Positions 9,255 to 18,513 of a DNA stretch of 32,577 nucleotides are shown here, one piece after another (position 1 is the first letter of the stretch; the number at the start of each line of letters is the position of its first letter). The DNA is from Eubacteriales bacterium (GTDB taxonomy: Bacteria; Bacillota; Clostridia; Oscillospirales; CAG-272). Both the position numbers and the translations under genes were made by a program. Below the pieces are notes generated by a model, which saw only the letters and a list, made by a program, of their open reading frames with translations, made no database searches and had not been told where the DNA came from. The stretch is taken from the NCBI GenBank assembly GCA_045535915.1, contig JAZSMP010000340.1:1-32577 (forward strand), given 5' to 3'.

Positions 9255-9281
9255 AAAAGCAGCCGTTATTCGGCTGCTTTT
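9255..9281. terminator. Bidirectional rho-independent terminator between the convergent TSCPD gene and divIC
   Basis: The hairpin is AAAAGCAGCCG-ttatt-CGGCTGCTTTT, a perfect 11-bp stem. It has an A-run on one side and a T-run on the other, so it can terminate both strands. Confidence 0.75.
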
Positions 9282-9286
9282 ATTAA

Positions 9287-9616
9287 TTATTCAGCTCTAT
9301 CAGAATAATACACGATCTCCTCCGGCAGAACGAGTCCGAGCTTTTCTCTCGCAATTCTGATAATCAGGCTTTTATCGTTTTTTGGAATTTCTATAAGATA
9401 CTCCAATTCATCCACCCTGTCCTGCGCGTTTTCGATCTGCTGCTCGACACGGGACGTCTCGTTCAAGATATCGCTGTACTGCATCAAGGAGTTGGCTGAC
9501 AATACCAAAATGATTATTATAACCAGGATCAAAGCGATCTTAATAAATATCCCTGCCTTGGACAGCGGACTTTCCTTTAAAAACTCTCGTTTTTTTGCAT
9601 TAAACTGTTCGTTCAT
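9287..9616 (-). CDS. divIC: Septum formation initiator family protein (DivIC/FtsB)
   Basis: The ORF is 109 aa with a single N-terminal TM helix, then a coiled-coil (VEQQIENAQDRVDELE) and the C-terminal block IIRIAREKLGLVLPEE typical of DivIC/FtsB. It sits after yabQ, as in Bacillus. Confidence 0.8.
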   Translation of the reverse strand: MNEQFNAKKREFLKESPLSKAGIFIKIALILVIIIILVLSANSLMQYSDILNETSRVEQQIENAQDRVDELEYLIEIPKNDKSLIIRIAREKLGLVLPEEIVYYSDRAE

Positions 9617-10190
9617 TTTCTAATTCCTTATAGTAATCATCAAGCAAACCGTATTTTGCTTCGTCCTTGATACGTGAAAAGCAATATTCCGTATACTTGT
9701 TCAAGATTTTTGTTCGGCGTCTGTTTTTTATTCTCTTAATTATATGCGACAGTAATTTGACAACAAGGGTTACAAACCATACAACAGGAAAAGCGGCGAT
9801 ATCGAATATCCATTTAATACAAAACAGTATTCGATTGATCATCCATTTGATAATTCTGCATAATACTCTTTTCCCGATAGCAAATCCGAAAATAAATGCA
9901 GGTATTGAAACAATCCTGAAATTTCCGCTGTTATAAATAAATGCAGTCAAAAGCATTAAACTTGCGGAAAGCAAACATGAAATCAGATCAATAAAGATCA
10001 CAGATACGCGATTATTAATTTCAATAGAACTATATTCGCGAAAAGTAATAAATCTTTTACGTGTAAGCGCAACAGCCAATCTCTGCGTGTCTTCAATCAG
10101 CGAACAAAAAGATGCTGTAATTATCCCCCAAACGCAATTTGCGGCAAGTAAGTAAAAAATACTGCGGGCGGAATGAAGAACTACGTTCAT
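9600..10190 (-). CDS. yabQ: Spore cortex biosynthesis protein YabQ
   Basis: This is a 196-aa multi-TM protein containing NSGNFRI (compare the B. subtilis YabQ NEGEFRIY block) and a basic C-terminal tail. It is positioned between yabP and divIC. Confidence 0.7.
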   Translation of the reverse strand: MNVVLHSARSIFYLLAANCVWGIITASFCSLIEDTQRLAVALTRKRFITFREYSSIEINNRVSVIFIDLISCLLSASLMLLTAFIYNSGNFRIVSIPAFIFGFAIGKRVLCRIIKWMINRILFCIKWIFDIAAFPVVWFVTLVVKLLSHIIKRIKNRRRTKILNKYTEYCFSRIKDEAKYGLLDDYYKELENERTV

Positions 10191-10193
10191 TTG

Positions 10194-10466
10194 TCAGTTC
10201 CAAAAACGCTTTTTCTTCTTTGTAGAATCCTCTATGTAATTAATTCCGCAAATCTCACCGCTGATAAGAGCATACCCTGATTCAAGATCCAATGCATCGA
10301 CTTTCATATCGCGCCCCGATACGTCAATATCACCGAGAACCGACGACAGCGTTACGTAACTGTCATCAAAACTGATTATCCTGCTTACTCCTGTAATCTT
10401 TATTTCTTTTCTATCAATTAAAGAAAGCGAATGCTCCGCGTTCTTTTTCTCAATCTCAAAAGCCAT
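10194..10466 (-). CDS. yabP: Sporulation protein YabP
   Basis: The ORF is 90 aa. The pattern LSLIDRKEIKITGVSRIISFDDSYVTLSSVLGDIDVSGRDMKV is typical of the YabP/YqfC family. Synteny with yabQ supports the call. Confidence 0.8.
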   Translation of the reverse strand: MAFEIEKKNAEHSLSLIDRKEIKITGVSRIISFDDSYVTLSSVLGDIDVSGRDMKVDALDLESGYALISGEICGINYIEDSTKKKKRFWN

Positions 10467-10489
10467 TGATCAACACCTCTCTTCGGTAC

Positions 10490-10518
10490 AGTTTATGCAA
10501 CCGAGAGTGTTAATATGT
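10490..10518 (-). promoter_or_regulatory. Candidate sporulation sigma-E-type promoter for yabP-yabQ(-divIC)
   Basis: The minus strand reads ACATATT, then 14 nt, then CATAAACT, ending about 23 nt upstream of the yabP ATG. From memory, the B. subtilis sigma-E consensus is roughly ATATT in the -35 and CATACA-T in the -10. The element overlaps the yabO stop codon. Confidence 0.35.
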
Positions 10519-10760
10519 CAGTCAACGACCTCGTAGAGTTCTCCTGCGGAATCTTTTCCGACGGTTTCTCTTATTTCTTTGACTCTTACACTCAAAGAAC
10601 GCTGACCGAATCGAACCGTTATCACATCGCCGATTTTAACATCATAAGACGCCTTGGCGGGTTTACCGTTAACGGTAACAAGATCGCCGTCGCATGCGTC
10701 GTTGGCGACGGTTCTTCTTTTAATAATTCTCGAAACCTTTAAAAATTTATCAAGTCTCAT
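10518..10760 (-). CDS. yabO: RNA-binding S4 domain protein (YabO / RqcP, Hsp15-like)
   Basis: The ORF is 80 aa. MRLDKFLKVSRIIKRRTVA is the canonical S4 N-terminus. Its position between mazG and yabP matches Bacillus. Confidence 0.85.
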   Translation of the reverse strand: MRLDKFLKVSRIIKRRTVANDACDGDLVTVNGKPAKASYDVKIGDVITVRFGQRSLSVRVKEIRETVGKDSAGELYEVVD

Positions 10761-10773
10761 AATCTCACCTATA

Positions 10774-10802
10774 ATTATACTTTAATTGTGCCAAAAAGTC
10801 AA
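10774..10802 (-). promoter_or_regulatory. Sigma-A type promoter upstream of yabO
   Basis: The minus strand reads TTGACT (10802-10797), a 17-nt spacer and TATAAT (10779-10774). A GGTGAG RBS and the yabO ATG at 10760 follow. Confidence 0.5.
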
Positions 10803-10807
10803 GTATA

Positions 10808-11626
10808 TTAATTCTGATGCTTGATTCGATCCCAGATAGAGTCAAGTTCATCCATATCAAGCTCAGTAATATCCTTGCCATCCTTAATAACCTCGGCTTC
10901 AAGACGTGCGAAACGTTTGATGAACTTTTCGGTTGCACGTGTAAGCGATTCTTCGGCATCAAGACCGAGTTTTCTTGCAAGACTCACTGCAGTAAAGAGC
11001 AGATCACCGAATTCTTCATCAACTTCTTCTGTATTTCCACCCACGATGGCTTCTTTCAATTCCGCAGTCTCTTCCTCCAGTTTCAACATGACCGAATCTG
11101 GATTTGGGAAATCAAAGAAGGGTGCACGTTTACCTACCTTCTGTGCTCTCATAAGCGCAGGAAGAGCGGGAGGAACCGATTCAAGCTTTGAAGTGATCGT
11201 ATTTCTTTGTTTTTCTTCTGTTTTGATCTTTTCCCAATTGCTCAGCACAACATCCGATGTATTTGCAATAACACTGCCAAAAACGTGAGGATGGCGATGA
11301 ACCAGCTTCGCGCAAATGTCGTGAATTATATCATTGATATCCGATCTTTCAGCTTCGCGCTCAAGCTCGGCATGAAAAACCACCTGCCAAAGCAGATCAC
11401 CGAGTTCTTCGCGCATAAGTTCGGGATCGTCGTTATCTATTGCTTCAATAACTTCGTAAGTTTCTTCGATAATGTCTTTTCTTATGGATTTGTGGGTTTG
11501 CTCTCTGTCCCAAGGGCATCCGCCGTCCGCACGAAGTAACCGCGCCAAAAGACAGAGATCGCTGAAATCATATTTTTCATTTTTATTAGCGAGATATTCA
11601 AATCCGCTCATGCTTTTTTCAGTCAT
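10808..11626 (-). CDS. mazG: Nucleoside triphosphate pyrophosphohydrolase MazG (tandem MazG domains)
   Basis: It contains CPWDREQTHKSIRKDIIEETYEVIEAI, followed by EELGDLLWQV, and a second EEFGDLLF repeat. The length is 272 aa. Confidence 0.9.
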   Translation of the reverse strand: MTEKSMSGFEYLANKNEKYDFSDLCLLARLLRADGGCPWDREQTHKSIRKDIIEETYEVIEAIDNDDPELMREELGDLLWQVVFHAELEREAERSDINDIIHDICAKLVHRHPHVFGSVIANTSDVVLSNWEKIKTEEKQRNTITSKLESVPPALPALMRAQKVGKRAPFFDFPNPDSVMLKLEEETAELKEAIVGGNTEEVDEEFGDLLFTAVSLARKLGLDAEESLTRATEKFIKRFARLEAEVIKDGKDITELDMDELDSIWDRIKHQN

Positions 11627-11638
11627 TTTTAAATCCTT

Positions 11639-13282
11639 TTATGAACTTATAAATTTATATTTTTTCAAAAAATCCGCTATTGGCTTCAGTATCTTAACTC
11701 CTGAAATATCCGTATAGGTCACAACTTTGAAAAGTAATGCAAAAAACGCATACATCGCAACAGCAAATAAGATCGACGTCGTGAGCGACATCAACAAACC
11801 GACGCCTTTATATACCATGAAACTGTAAAGTACACCGCTAAGTCCGATACCGGCGGCTGCCGCTGCAAATGTTTTGGCTAAAGAAATTAACGCAAATCTT
11901 TGCGGTGTATAAATCGTGATAAAAATCAGATCCAATATTAAAATGGTAAAAGTACACGCTACAGTGCTCAGCGGCGCTCCGTAGATTCCTATATTACTTC
12001 CGACAAGAATATATTCAGCAACGATCTTTACAATCGCGCCGACTGCCATAGAAACTATGGGTAATGAAGGTTTCATATAGGCTTGGAGTGTTGAATTACA
12101 CACGGTTATGAGACACGAAAACACAATCGCCGCAGAAAGCACCGACAAAAGAGGCGCCGCAAATGTGCAGGCTTCAGCTTCGGCGGGATAAAGTACCAAC
12201 AAAATCGGCTTGGCAAACACGGCCAACCCCGCAGCCGCGGGTATTGCAAGCATGCAGCAAAGCCTGAGAGCGACAGTAAATGTCTTCTTTGATTCTGCTA
12301 CGGCACCGCGGGCAACGGCGCCGGTCAAAGCAGGTATCAAAGATATGCCTATTGAGGTTATCAATGCAGGAGGAAGGTTAAAAAGCGGTATAGCAAGATT
12401 TGTATAACTGCTATATAAGCTCACCGCAGCTCCGGAGGAAAATCCACTGTCAACAAGTCGGTTGGTTATCAACGCGGTATCAGCAAGGCTCGTCAGGCTT
12501 GTAACACAAGATGACAACGTAATAGGAAAAGCTATAACAAAAAGTTCGTATAGTATTTTTCGGTTACTGTCTGTGTGTGCTGAATTCTTATTGCAATATT
12601 CATTGTATTTTTTATTGTAAATCAAGAGGTGTATGATGAGATATATTACGGAAATCAAAACACCTGCGGAAAGTCCTGTAACAGCCGCTGCTGCTGTATA
12701 TGCAGAATTCATTCCCGCATTTACGCAATAAGCAGCTAAGCCAACTCCCAATACAAGCTTACCGACCGATTCGATCAACTGTGAAACAGCAGTAGGAGCC
12801 ATAATCTCATGCCCCTGAAAATATCCTCGGATCGCACCGGAAATACAAATAAAAAGTAAGGTAGGAGCTATTGCCTTTACAGCAGGCGAAGAATCATCAA
12901 TCCCTATAGCAACAGAATAGAAATCGGCACCAAAATCTAGTATCAGCGTGCCTGATATACCCAATATCAAAAACAAAAATAACGAAGCGAAAAATATTTT
13001 TCTTACGTTTGAATAATTCTCACAAGCTCTGTTCTTTGAAACAAGGATTGAGAGTGCAACCGGAAGCCCCGCGGCGGCAATAGAATTCAAAAGCATATAA
13101 ATGTTATATGCAGACGAAAAATATGCCATACCGTCTATGCCAACGATATTGATTATCGGTATTTTAAAGAGCAGTCCTATAATTTTGCATATTAACGTTG
13201 AAAATGTTAGCAGCATAACACCGGAAATCATTCGACTTCCGCTCTTTTTATTAGTTCCGATCACATTATTCTCCGACAGCAA
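11639..13282 (-). CDS. MOP-superfamily flippase (polysaccharide biosynthesis protein; SpoVB / YabM / MurJ-like)
   Basis: The ORF is 547 aa with about 14 predicted TM helices. The N-terminus SGVMLLTFSTLICKIIGLLFKIPIINIVG is typical of SpoVB/MurJ-like proteins. It lies upstream of mazG, as yabM does in Bacillus. The track start is a TTG after GGGGAGG, and the exact start is uncertain. Confidence 0.8.
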   Translation of the reverse strand: MLSENNVIGTNKKSGSRMISGVMLLTFSTLICKIIGLLFKIPIINIVGIDGMAYFSSAYNIYMLLNSIAAAGLPVALSILVSKNRACENYSNVRKIFFASLFLFLILGISGTLILDFGADFYSVAIGIDDSSPAVKAIAPTLLFICISGAIRGYFQGHEIMAPTAVSQLIESVGKLVLGVGLAAYCVNAGMNSAYTAAAAVTGLSAGVLISVIYLIIHLLIYNKKYNEYCNKNSAHTDSNRKILYELFVIAFPITLSSCVTSLTSLADTALITNRLVDSGFSSGAAVSLYSSYTNLAIPLFNLPPALITSIGISLIPALTGAVARGAVAESKKTFTVALRLCCMLAIPAAAGLAVFAKPILLVLYPAEAEACTFAAPLLSVLSAAIVFSCLITVCNSTLQAYMKPSLPIVSMAVGAIVKIVAEYILVGSNIGIYGAPLSTVACTFTILILDLIFITIYTPQRFALISLAKTFAAAAAGIGLSGVLYSFMVYKGVGLLMSLTTSILFAVAMYAFFALLFKVVTYTDISGVKILKPIADFLKKYKFISS

Positions 13283-13350
13283 AAGAGCCTCCCCAAATTA
13301 ATCATTAAACTAATAAAATATATTCCCGTCAATGACAAATATGAATTGTT

Positions 13351-14271
13351 TTATACAAACTCGTGATACAATGAATCCGGAGCAAGATATGATTTATCAA
13401 TTGGAGTAAAATCACTGATAAGTTCAAGAATATCCTGTGCCTCATAATAAAATTCGCTTTCCTTGTGTATCAACGGCAAAATCTCGCAGAGGTAAGGTTT
13501 CAGCATGCCAATCTCATAACACAACGTAGAATTAATGCTGATATTTGCTTTTGAAGCATACGGAAAAATATTATCATTTTCGTTACGGCGGACAGATCTC
13601 CACAACTCAAAAGTAAATTCCGGAGATGCTGATCTTCTGTAATAATCTCTCACCAACCGTCTGAAGAAACGTATATCTACTCCGGCTATGGTAGTATTTC
13701 CCGCCTGGATCGATCTCGTTGCATTGATATAAATCGTTGTTGTCGGGAAAGATTTAAGCAAAGCATATACTTCGGGATAAAAAACCTGAATACCTTCGAT
13801 GATGAATATGTCATTATCATCAACAGGAATCAAACGGGATTCGCCTCTTGTCCCCTTCTTGAAATCGTAAGTCGGAACTTCAACAACATTCTCGTCGTCA
13901 TCAAATATCTCTTTAAGAGTCAGCGAAAGCTCTTTGGTATCGATAGTATCGGGAGAATCAAAATCTATCTCACCTTTTTTCGATCTCTTTTTTAGCAACG
14001 CGCGGTCATAATAAAAATCATCGATTGAAATTGTGTGAACTCTCTTGCCTTTTTCTTCAAGTATCTTAGTAAGTTTTTTTGCGGTTGTAGTTTTACCCGC
14101 ACACGTGGGACCACAGAGCGCAATAGCTTTCACGCTTTGACCGTGAAAGCGTCCGCGGCTTACAAGCAAATCATCATAACAAGCTCTTAATTCGGCATCA
14201 AAAGTAGCATCACCTATACGAACACTTTCTTGAGCCTGACTTGGGGTTAAAAATCGATGAACAGAAATCAT
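13351..14271 (-). CDS. Uridine kinase family (nucleoside kinase-like) P-loop protein
   Basis: The P-loop is CGPTCAGKTTTAKKL. The blocks ISIDDFYYD, DFDSPDTID, VPTYDF and IIEGI follow the Udk/PRK family layout. Extra N- and C-terminal segments are present. The RBS is GGAGG. Confidence 0.65.
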   Translation of the reverse strand: MISVHRFLTPSQAQESVRIGDATFDAELRACYDDLLVSRGRFHGQSVKAIALCGPTCAGKTTTAKKLTKILEEKGKRVHTISIDDFYYDRALLKKRSKKGEIDFDSPDTIDTKELSLTLKEIFDDDENVVEVPTYDFKKGTRGESRLIPVDDNDIFIIEGIQVFYPEVYALLKSFPTTTIYINATRSIQAGNTTIAGVDIRFFRRLVRDYYRRSASPEFTFELWRSVRRNENDNIFPYASKANISINSTLCYEIGMLKPYLCEILPLIHKESEFYYEAQDILELISDFTPIDKSYLAPDSLYHEFV

Positions 14272-14297
14272 TGTAACCTCCGGATTATTTATTCGAC

Positions 14298-15785
14298 TTA
14301 ATCAATTGGATTATTTGCAAAGAACTCGTCAATTCCTTCAATAATTGCGGAAGAACCTTCTTTTTGCAAATATTCATAAGGATATTTGGGATTAAAAATT
14401 CGTTTAATTACGGGCTTGCTTTCTCCTGGAACACCAAGATTAACAAGCTTGGTAACGGCTCCCGCGCCGGCGGAAAGGATGGAATGAACTTCTTCCATCA
14501 TATAAATATTATATCTACCTTCATGACCCGGCAAAGAAAAACCTACATTTTCAAAATTACCAACCGTGTTTTTCTGCCTGTACATATAATAGGGTATATA
14601 CCCGGAATCTCTTGACTTGATCTGCGCATAATCAACCGACTTTCCCGCATCTCCGCCCCTGAGCGAATATACGTTGCTCTGTTTCCATGCTGCTGAACGT
14701 TTTACACAGAAAGTATGAACCGTGATGTTCTCAGGTCTCAGTGCAATAATTCCATCCATTGAAGCGGCAAATCTTTGGAAAGTATCGCCCGGTAATCCTG
14801 CTATCAGATCTGTATTGATCTCATCGATGCCGACCTCTCTTGCGGTGTTATATGCTTTATAAAAATCATCAACCGTATGGGAGCGTCCTATACCCTGCAA
14901 AACTTCCTCACAAAGGGTCTGAGGATTTACGCTGATTCGCCCGACGCCATATTCTTTTATAACCTTGAGTTTTTCATTTGTTATCGTATCGGGTCTTCCC
15001 GACTCGCAGGTAAACTCTTCTATATTTCTTCCCGCAATTCCTTCAGAAAGAGCATTTAAAAGCTTGCGAAGCTGATCAGGTTCGAGGATAGAAGGCGTGC
15101 CGCCGCCGATATAAACGGTTTTGATATTTAAACGGTTTCTGTCAATAGCAGCAAACAATTCTTTCAGATCTACAATCAATCTATCCACATATTCAGGGAT
15201 AAGAGAAAGCAGCTTGTTTGAAGTATAGCAAACAAAAGAACAGTACTGACATCTGGTAGGGCAAAAAGGAATGGAAACATAAATACTGCAATCCGCAGGA
15301 GAAGGAGTACCTATAATTTTCTTTTCATGGATTGCCACCTCAGTTGCCAGATTGGCTTTTTTAGCATAAAGAAGATAATCGCTCATAAGCTGCCTCTTTA
15401 CGCGAGTCTTACTCATACCCGTAGCAAGCATCTCTGAGGCAACTTTAGTAGGTCTTACTCCTGTCAGCACACCCCAAGTCGGACGGTATTCGAGAAGCTT
15501 ACCAAGGGCTCCCGCCACCGATGCACCAACAGCAAGTTTACAGCATCTCTCATCGGTAAGATCAGGGCGAAAAGCCGTTTCTCTCAAACACTCGGCAGTA
15601 TTATTCCCCAGCTTGACAAAACTATATGCTTTATATCCGTTGTCGGCTTTTTCTACTTTAAGAGTAAGTTCAGGAACATTATCTGCCGGTTCCTCGTCAT
15701 CGGGAAAGGTTGAGCCCGGGAAAAATATCATACAGAGAGTCTGAACATAGTATCTGTTGATATCGCCGTCAATATGCAGTATCAT
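14298..15785 (-). CDS. hemZ: Radical SAM protein, HemZ-type oxygen-independent coproporphyrinogen dehydrogenase-like
   Basis: The radical SAM cluster motif is CPTRCQYCSF. The downstream block YIGGGTPS is present. The length of about 495 aa and the N-terminal extension are typical of HemZ rather than HemN or HemW. Confidence 0.75.
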   Translation of the reverse strand: MILHIDGDINRYYVQTLCMIFFPGSTFPDDEEPADNVPELTLKVEKADNGYKAYSFVKLGNNTAECLRETAFRPDLTDERCCKLAVGASVAGALGKLLEYRPTWGVLTGVRPTKVASEMLATGMSKTRVKRQLMSDYLLYAKKANLATEVAIHEKKIIGTPSPADCSIYVSIPFCPTRCQYCSFVCYTSNKLLSLIPEYVDRLIVDLKELFAAIDRNRLNIKTVYIGGGTPSILEPDQLRKLLNALSEGIAGRNIEEFTCESGRPDTITNEKLKVIKEYGVGRISVNPQTLCEEVLQGIGRSHTVDDFYKAYNTAREVGIDEINTDLIAGLPGDTFQRFAASMDGIIALRPENITVHTFCVKRSAAWKQSNVYSLRGGDAGKSVDYAQIKSRDSGYIPYYMYRQKNTVGNFENVGFSLPGHEGRYNIYMMEEVHSILSAGAGAVTKLVNLGVPGESKPVIKRIFNPKYPYEYLQKEGSSAIIEGIDEFFANNPID

Positions 15786-16255
15786 GACGCACCTCCCGAA
15801 CGCGGGGCACGAAGCGCATGGCTTTCAAGAATAATAGTCACAGGTCCGTCATCTTGAACATCTATCTTCATGTCAGCTCCAAAAACACCTGTTGCTACAT
15901 GAGGTACCGCATCACGGAGTTTCTCTACAAAATAATCATACATCCGAGATGCTTCTTCCGGCTTTTCGGCGCCCATATAATCGGGACGGTTCCCTCTTCT
16001 GCAGTTGGCTAAAAGTGTAAAATTTGAAATCGCAAGGATCTCGCCGCCTATATCGTTAAGAGACAAATTCATTTTGTCCTCTGAATCAGTAAATATCCTC
16101 AGCGCCGGAATTTTTTTGATTATTACATCTGCATCTGCATATGTATCTCCCGAAGCAACTCCGAGAAGTATGAGAAACCCTTTACCGCATTTGCCGACAG
16201 ACTCACCTTCAACCGTCACCTCGGCTCGGTTCACTCTTTGAATTACCGCTATCAT
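15782..16255 (-). CDS. dtd: D-aminoacyl-tRNA deacylase
   Basis: It contains MIAVIQRV, then GKGFLILLGV, then SNFTL, then G.RP, which matches Dtd. The length is 157 aa. It lies immediately after relA, as in Bacillus. Confidence 0.95.
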   Translation of the reverse strand: MIAVIQRVNRAEVTVEGESVGKCGKGFLILLGVASGDTYADADVIIKKIPALRIFTDSEDKMNLSLNDIGGEILAISNFTLLANCRRGNRPDYMGAEKPEEASRMYDYFVEKLRDAVPHVATGVFGADMKIDVQDDGPVTIILESHALRAPRSGGAS

Positions 16256-18493
16256 TTATGAAAAACCTCTTGAAACGTTTTTAATATCCTTGAGAGACGA
16301 AAGTCTGGAAACAATGGAATTATAATGATCGATATTCTTGCATCCGACTTTCAGATCAATAATAATTGTATTATCAGACCTCGCCAATGAATTGATTTGT
16401 AGTATTGACACACGCATATCAGCCAAGGTACTTGTGATATTCGCGATAAGCGAAATGGTATTATCAGCAAGCACGCGGACAAGAGCTTCGTATACACCCG
16501 CTCCCGAGTCTCCGACCGTACTTCGTTCCCATTCCACGGGAACCCATCTGTTCGCATGTTCAAGATCACGCATTCCCTGCTTGACATTCGGGCAATCTCT
16601 CTTATGAACAGAAATACCATAGCCTTTTGTGATAAATCCGATAATATCATCACCCGGCAAGGGATTGCAACACTTTGCAAATTTAACCGAACATCCCGCT
16701 TCGCCGTCAACAATAACACCGCTGTTGCTCTTTACGTTTCTCGGCTTTTTGGCAACCTGAATCTGAGATACGTCTGTCAGTGGAACGGGAGTTTCTTCGG
16801 GTTTAACAACACGGTCGAATTCATCTCTGAGTTTAAGCGCAATCTTGGAAATTGCCAGTCCGCCATATCCCAGAGTATTATATAGATCTTCAAGACTCAT
16901 AAAGCCGGTTCTTGCACCGACCGCAGTACAAACTTCGATAAACTGAGCATCGGTATAACTTCGTCCAAAATGCTTGAATTCAGCTTCAAGAGCTGCCTTA
17001 CCGACAACAATATTATCTGCTCTCTTCTCTTTTTTAAACCATGAACGAATCTTGGTTCTGGCTTCGCTTGTCTGAACGATCTTAAGCCAGTCACGGCTCG
17101 GTCCTTTAGACGCAGATGAAGTAATTATTTCAACGATTTCGCCATTCTTCGGAACTCTGTCGATCGGCACGATCATACCGTTGATCTTTGCGCCGACCAT
17201 CTTGTTCCCCACCGCCGAATGAATTGCATAGGCAAAGTCTATTACCGTAGAACCGTAAGGCAGTGCAATTACGTCGCCTTTTGGGGTAAACACATATGTT
17301 TCGTCGTGGAAAACGTCGGTTTTGAGAGCCTGCATAAACTCATCCGGGTCTCGCGCCTCATCTTCTGTTTCAATAAGCCTTGCGATCCATTCGAGCTTTT
17401 TGTCAAGATCCATTCCTGCTTTCTCACCGCTCTTGTATTTCCAGTGAGCCGCAACACCGTATTCAGCGATCTGATGCATTTCACGGGTACGTATCTGTAC
17501 CTCAAAAGGTATTCCGTCCCTTCCTATAACGGTAGTATGGAGCGAACGGTACATATTGGGCTTGGGCGTTGAGATATAATCCTTGAATCGTCCCGGCATA
17601 GAATTAAACTTTTCATGTATAATTCCAAGCACAGTATAGCACTCAAGTTCTGTATTAACAATAATTCTTAAAGCATAGAAGTCGTAAATTTCGTCAAAGC
17701 TCTTGTTCTGCGTATACATTTTCTTATAGATACTGTATACGGTTTTGATTCTGCCCTCAAGGCGGTAATCTATGGAGTACTCTTTAAGCTTTTCCGATAC
17801 AAGAGCACGGATATTGTCGATAAAATTCTGGTTCTGACCATATTTGCGCTCAATATCACTTTTGACTTCTTCATATCCTATAGGATCAAGATAGTAGAGA
17901 CCGAGATTTTCAAGTTCTTGCTTAACTCTCTGCATACCGAGACGGTGAGCAAGCGGCGCGAAGACCTGCATCGTTTCAAGAGCAGTTACGCGTTGTTTAT
18001 TTTCCGGCTTCGCGTTAAGAGTGCGCATGTTATGCAATCTGTCGCAAAGTTTAATAAAAATAACTCTTATGTCTCTTGACATAGCGAGAAGCATCTTTCT
18101 GAGATTTTCAATATGAGCTTCTTCCTTATCTTCTATGTCAAGGGTAACCATCTTTGTCAAACCGTCAACTATTTCCGCAACCGAGGATCCAAACAGCTTT
18201 TCGATTTCGGCAAGATTAGTCTTATCTGCGCAATCCTCAACCGTGTCGTGAAGAAGAGCCGAACAAATAGAGTCGCTGTCAAGCTCAAGTCCCGCTACGA
18301 TCTCTGCAACCGCCAGCGGATGCGAAATATAAGGCTCTCCGCTCGCTCTGAACTGTCCCTCATGAAGAGATGCGGCATAATTATACGCCTGGCATATCTT
18401 CTCTATATTATAATTTTTTCCCGTACCGGCGAGGATACCGAGCAATCGGTCTATTCCCGTACCGGGATGGATAATGTCATTCCTGTTATCCAT
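16256..18493 (-). CDS. relA: Bifunctional (p)ppGpp synthetase/hydrolase (RelA/SpoT homologue, Rel)
   Basis: The HD hydrolase motif is HPLAVAEI followed by LHDTVED. The synthetase domain has YRSLHTTV and IPFEVQIRT. TGS and ACT regions lie at the C-terminus. The length is 745 aa. Confidence 0.95.
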   Translation of the reverse strand: MDNRNDIIHPGTGIDRLLGILAGTGKNYNIEKICQAYNYAASLHEGQFRASGEPYISHPLAVAEIVAGLELDSDSICSALLHDTVEDCADKTNLAEIEKLFGSSVAEIVDGLTKMVTLDIEDKEEAHIENLRKMLLAMSRDIRVIFIKLCDRLHNMRTLNAKPENKQRVTALETMQVFAPLAHRLGMQRVKQELENLGLYYLDPIGYEEVKSDIERKYGQNQNFIDNIRALVSEKLKEYSIDYRLEGRIKTVYSIYKKMYTQNKSFDEIYDFYALRIIVNTELECYTVLGIIHEKFNSMPGRFKDYISTPKPNMYRSLHTTVIGRDGIPFEVQIRTREMHQIAEYGVAAHWKYKSGEKAGMDLDKKLEWIARLIETEDEARDPDEFMQALKTDVFHDETYVFTPKGDVIALPYGSTVIDFAYAIHSAVGNKMVGAKINGMIVPIDRVPKNGEIVEIITSSASKGPSRDWLKIVQTSEARTKIRSWFKKEKRADNIVVGKAALEAEFKHFGRSYTDAQFIEVCTAVGARTGFMSLEDLYNTLGYGGLAISKIALKLRDEFDRVVKPEETPVPLTDVSQIQVAKKPRNVKSNSGVIVDGEAGCSVKFAKCCNPLPGDDIIGFITKGYGISVHKRDCPNVKQGMRDLEHANRWVPVEWERSTVGDSGAGVYEALVRVLADNTISLIANITSTLADMRVSILQINSLARSDNTIIIDLKVGCKNIDHYNSIVSRLSSLKDIKNVSRGFS

Positions 18494-18513
18494 AAACAGT
18501 ATTCTCCTGCAGT

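Noticed and set aside
10765-10980. A 71-aa minus-strand ORF overlapping the 3' end of mazG and the yabO promoter.
   Set aside because: It is out of frame with mazG, has no RBS, and ends within the predicted promoter. It is better explained as chance.
13283-13350. A possible sigma-E promoter (TTCATATT...) upstream of the SpoVB-like flippase.
   Set aside because: The -35-like CATATT is present, but no acceptable CATACA-T -10 lies at 13-15 nt. A sigma-A-like TTGACG-17-TTTAAT fits better, and even that is only tentative.
16351-16719. A 122-aa minus-strand ORF in an alternative frame inside relA.
   Set aside because: It is embedded out of frame in the conserved C-terminal region of Rel. There are no start signals and no evidence of a frameshift site.
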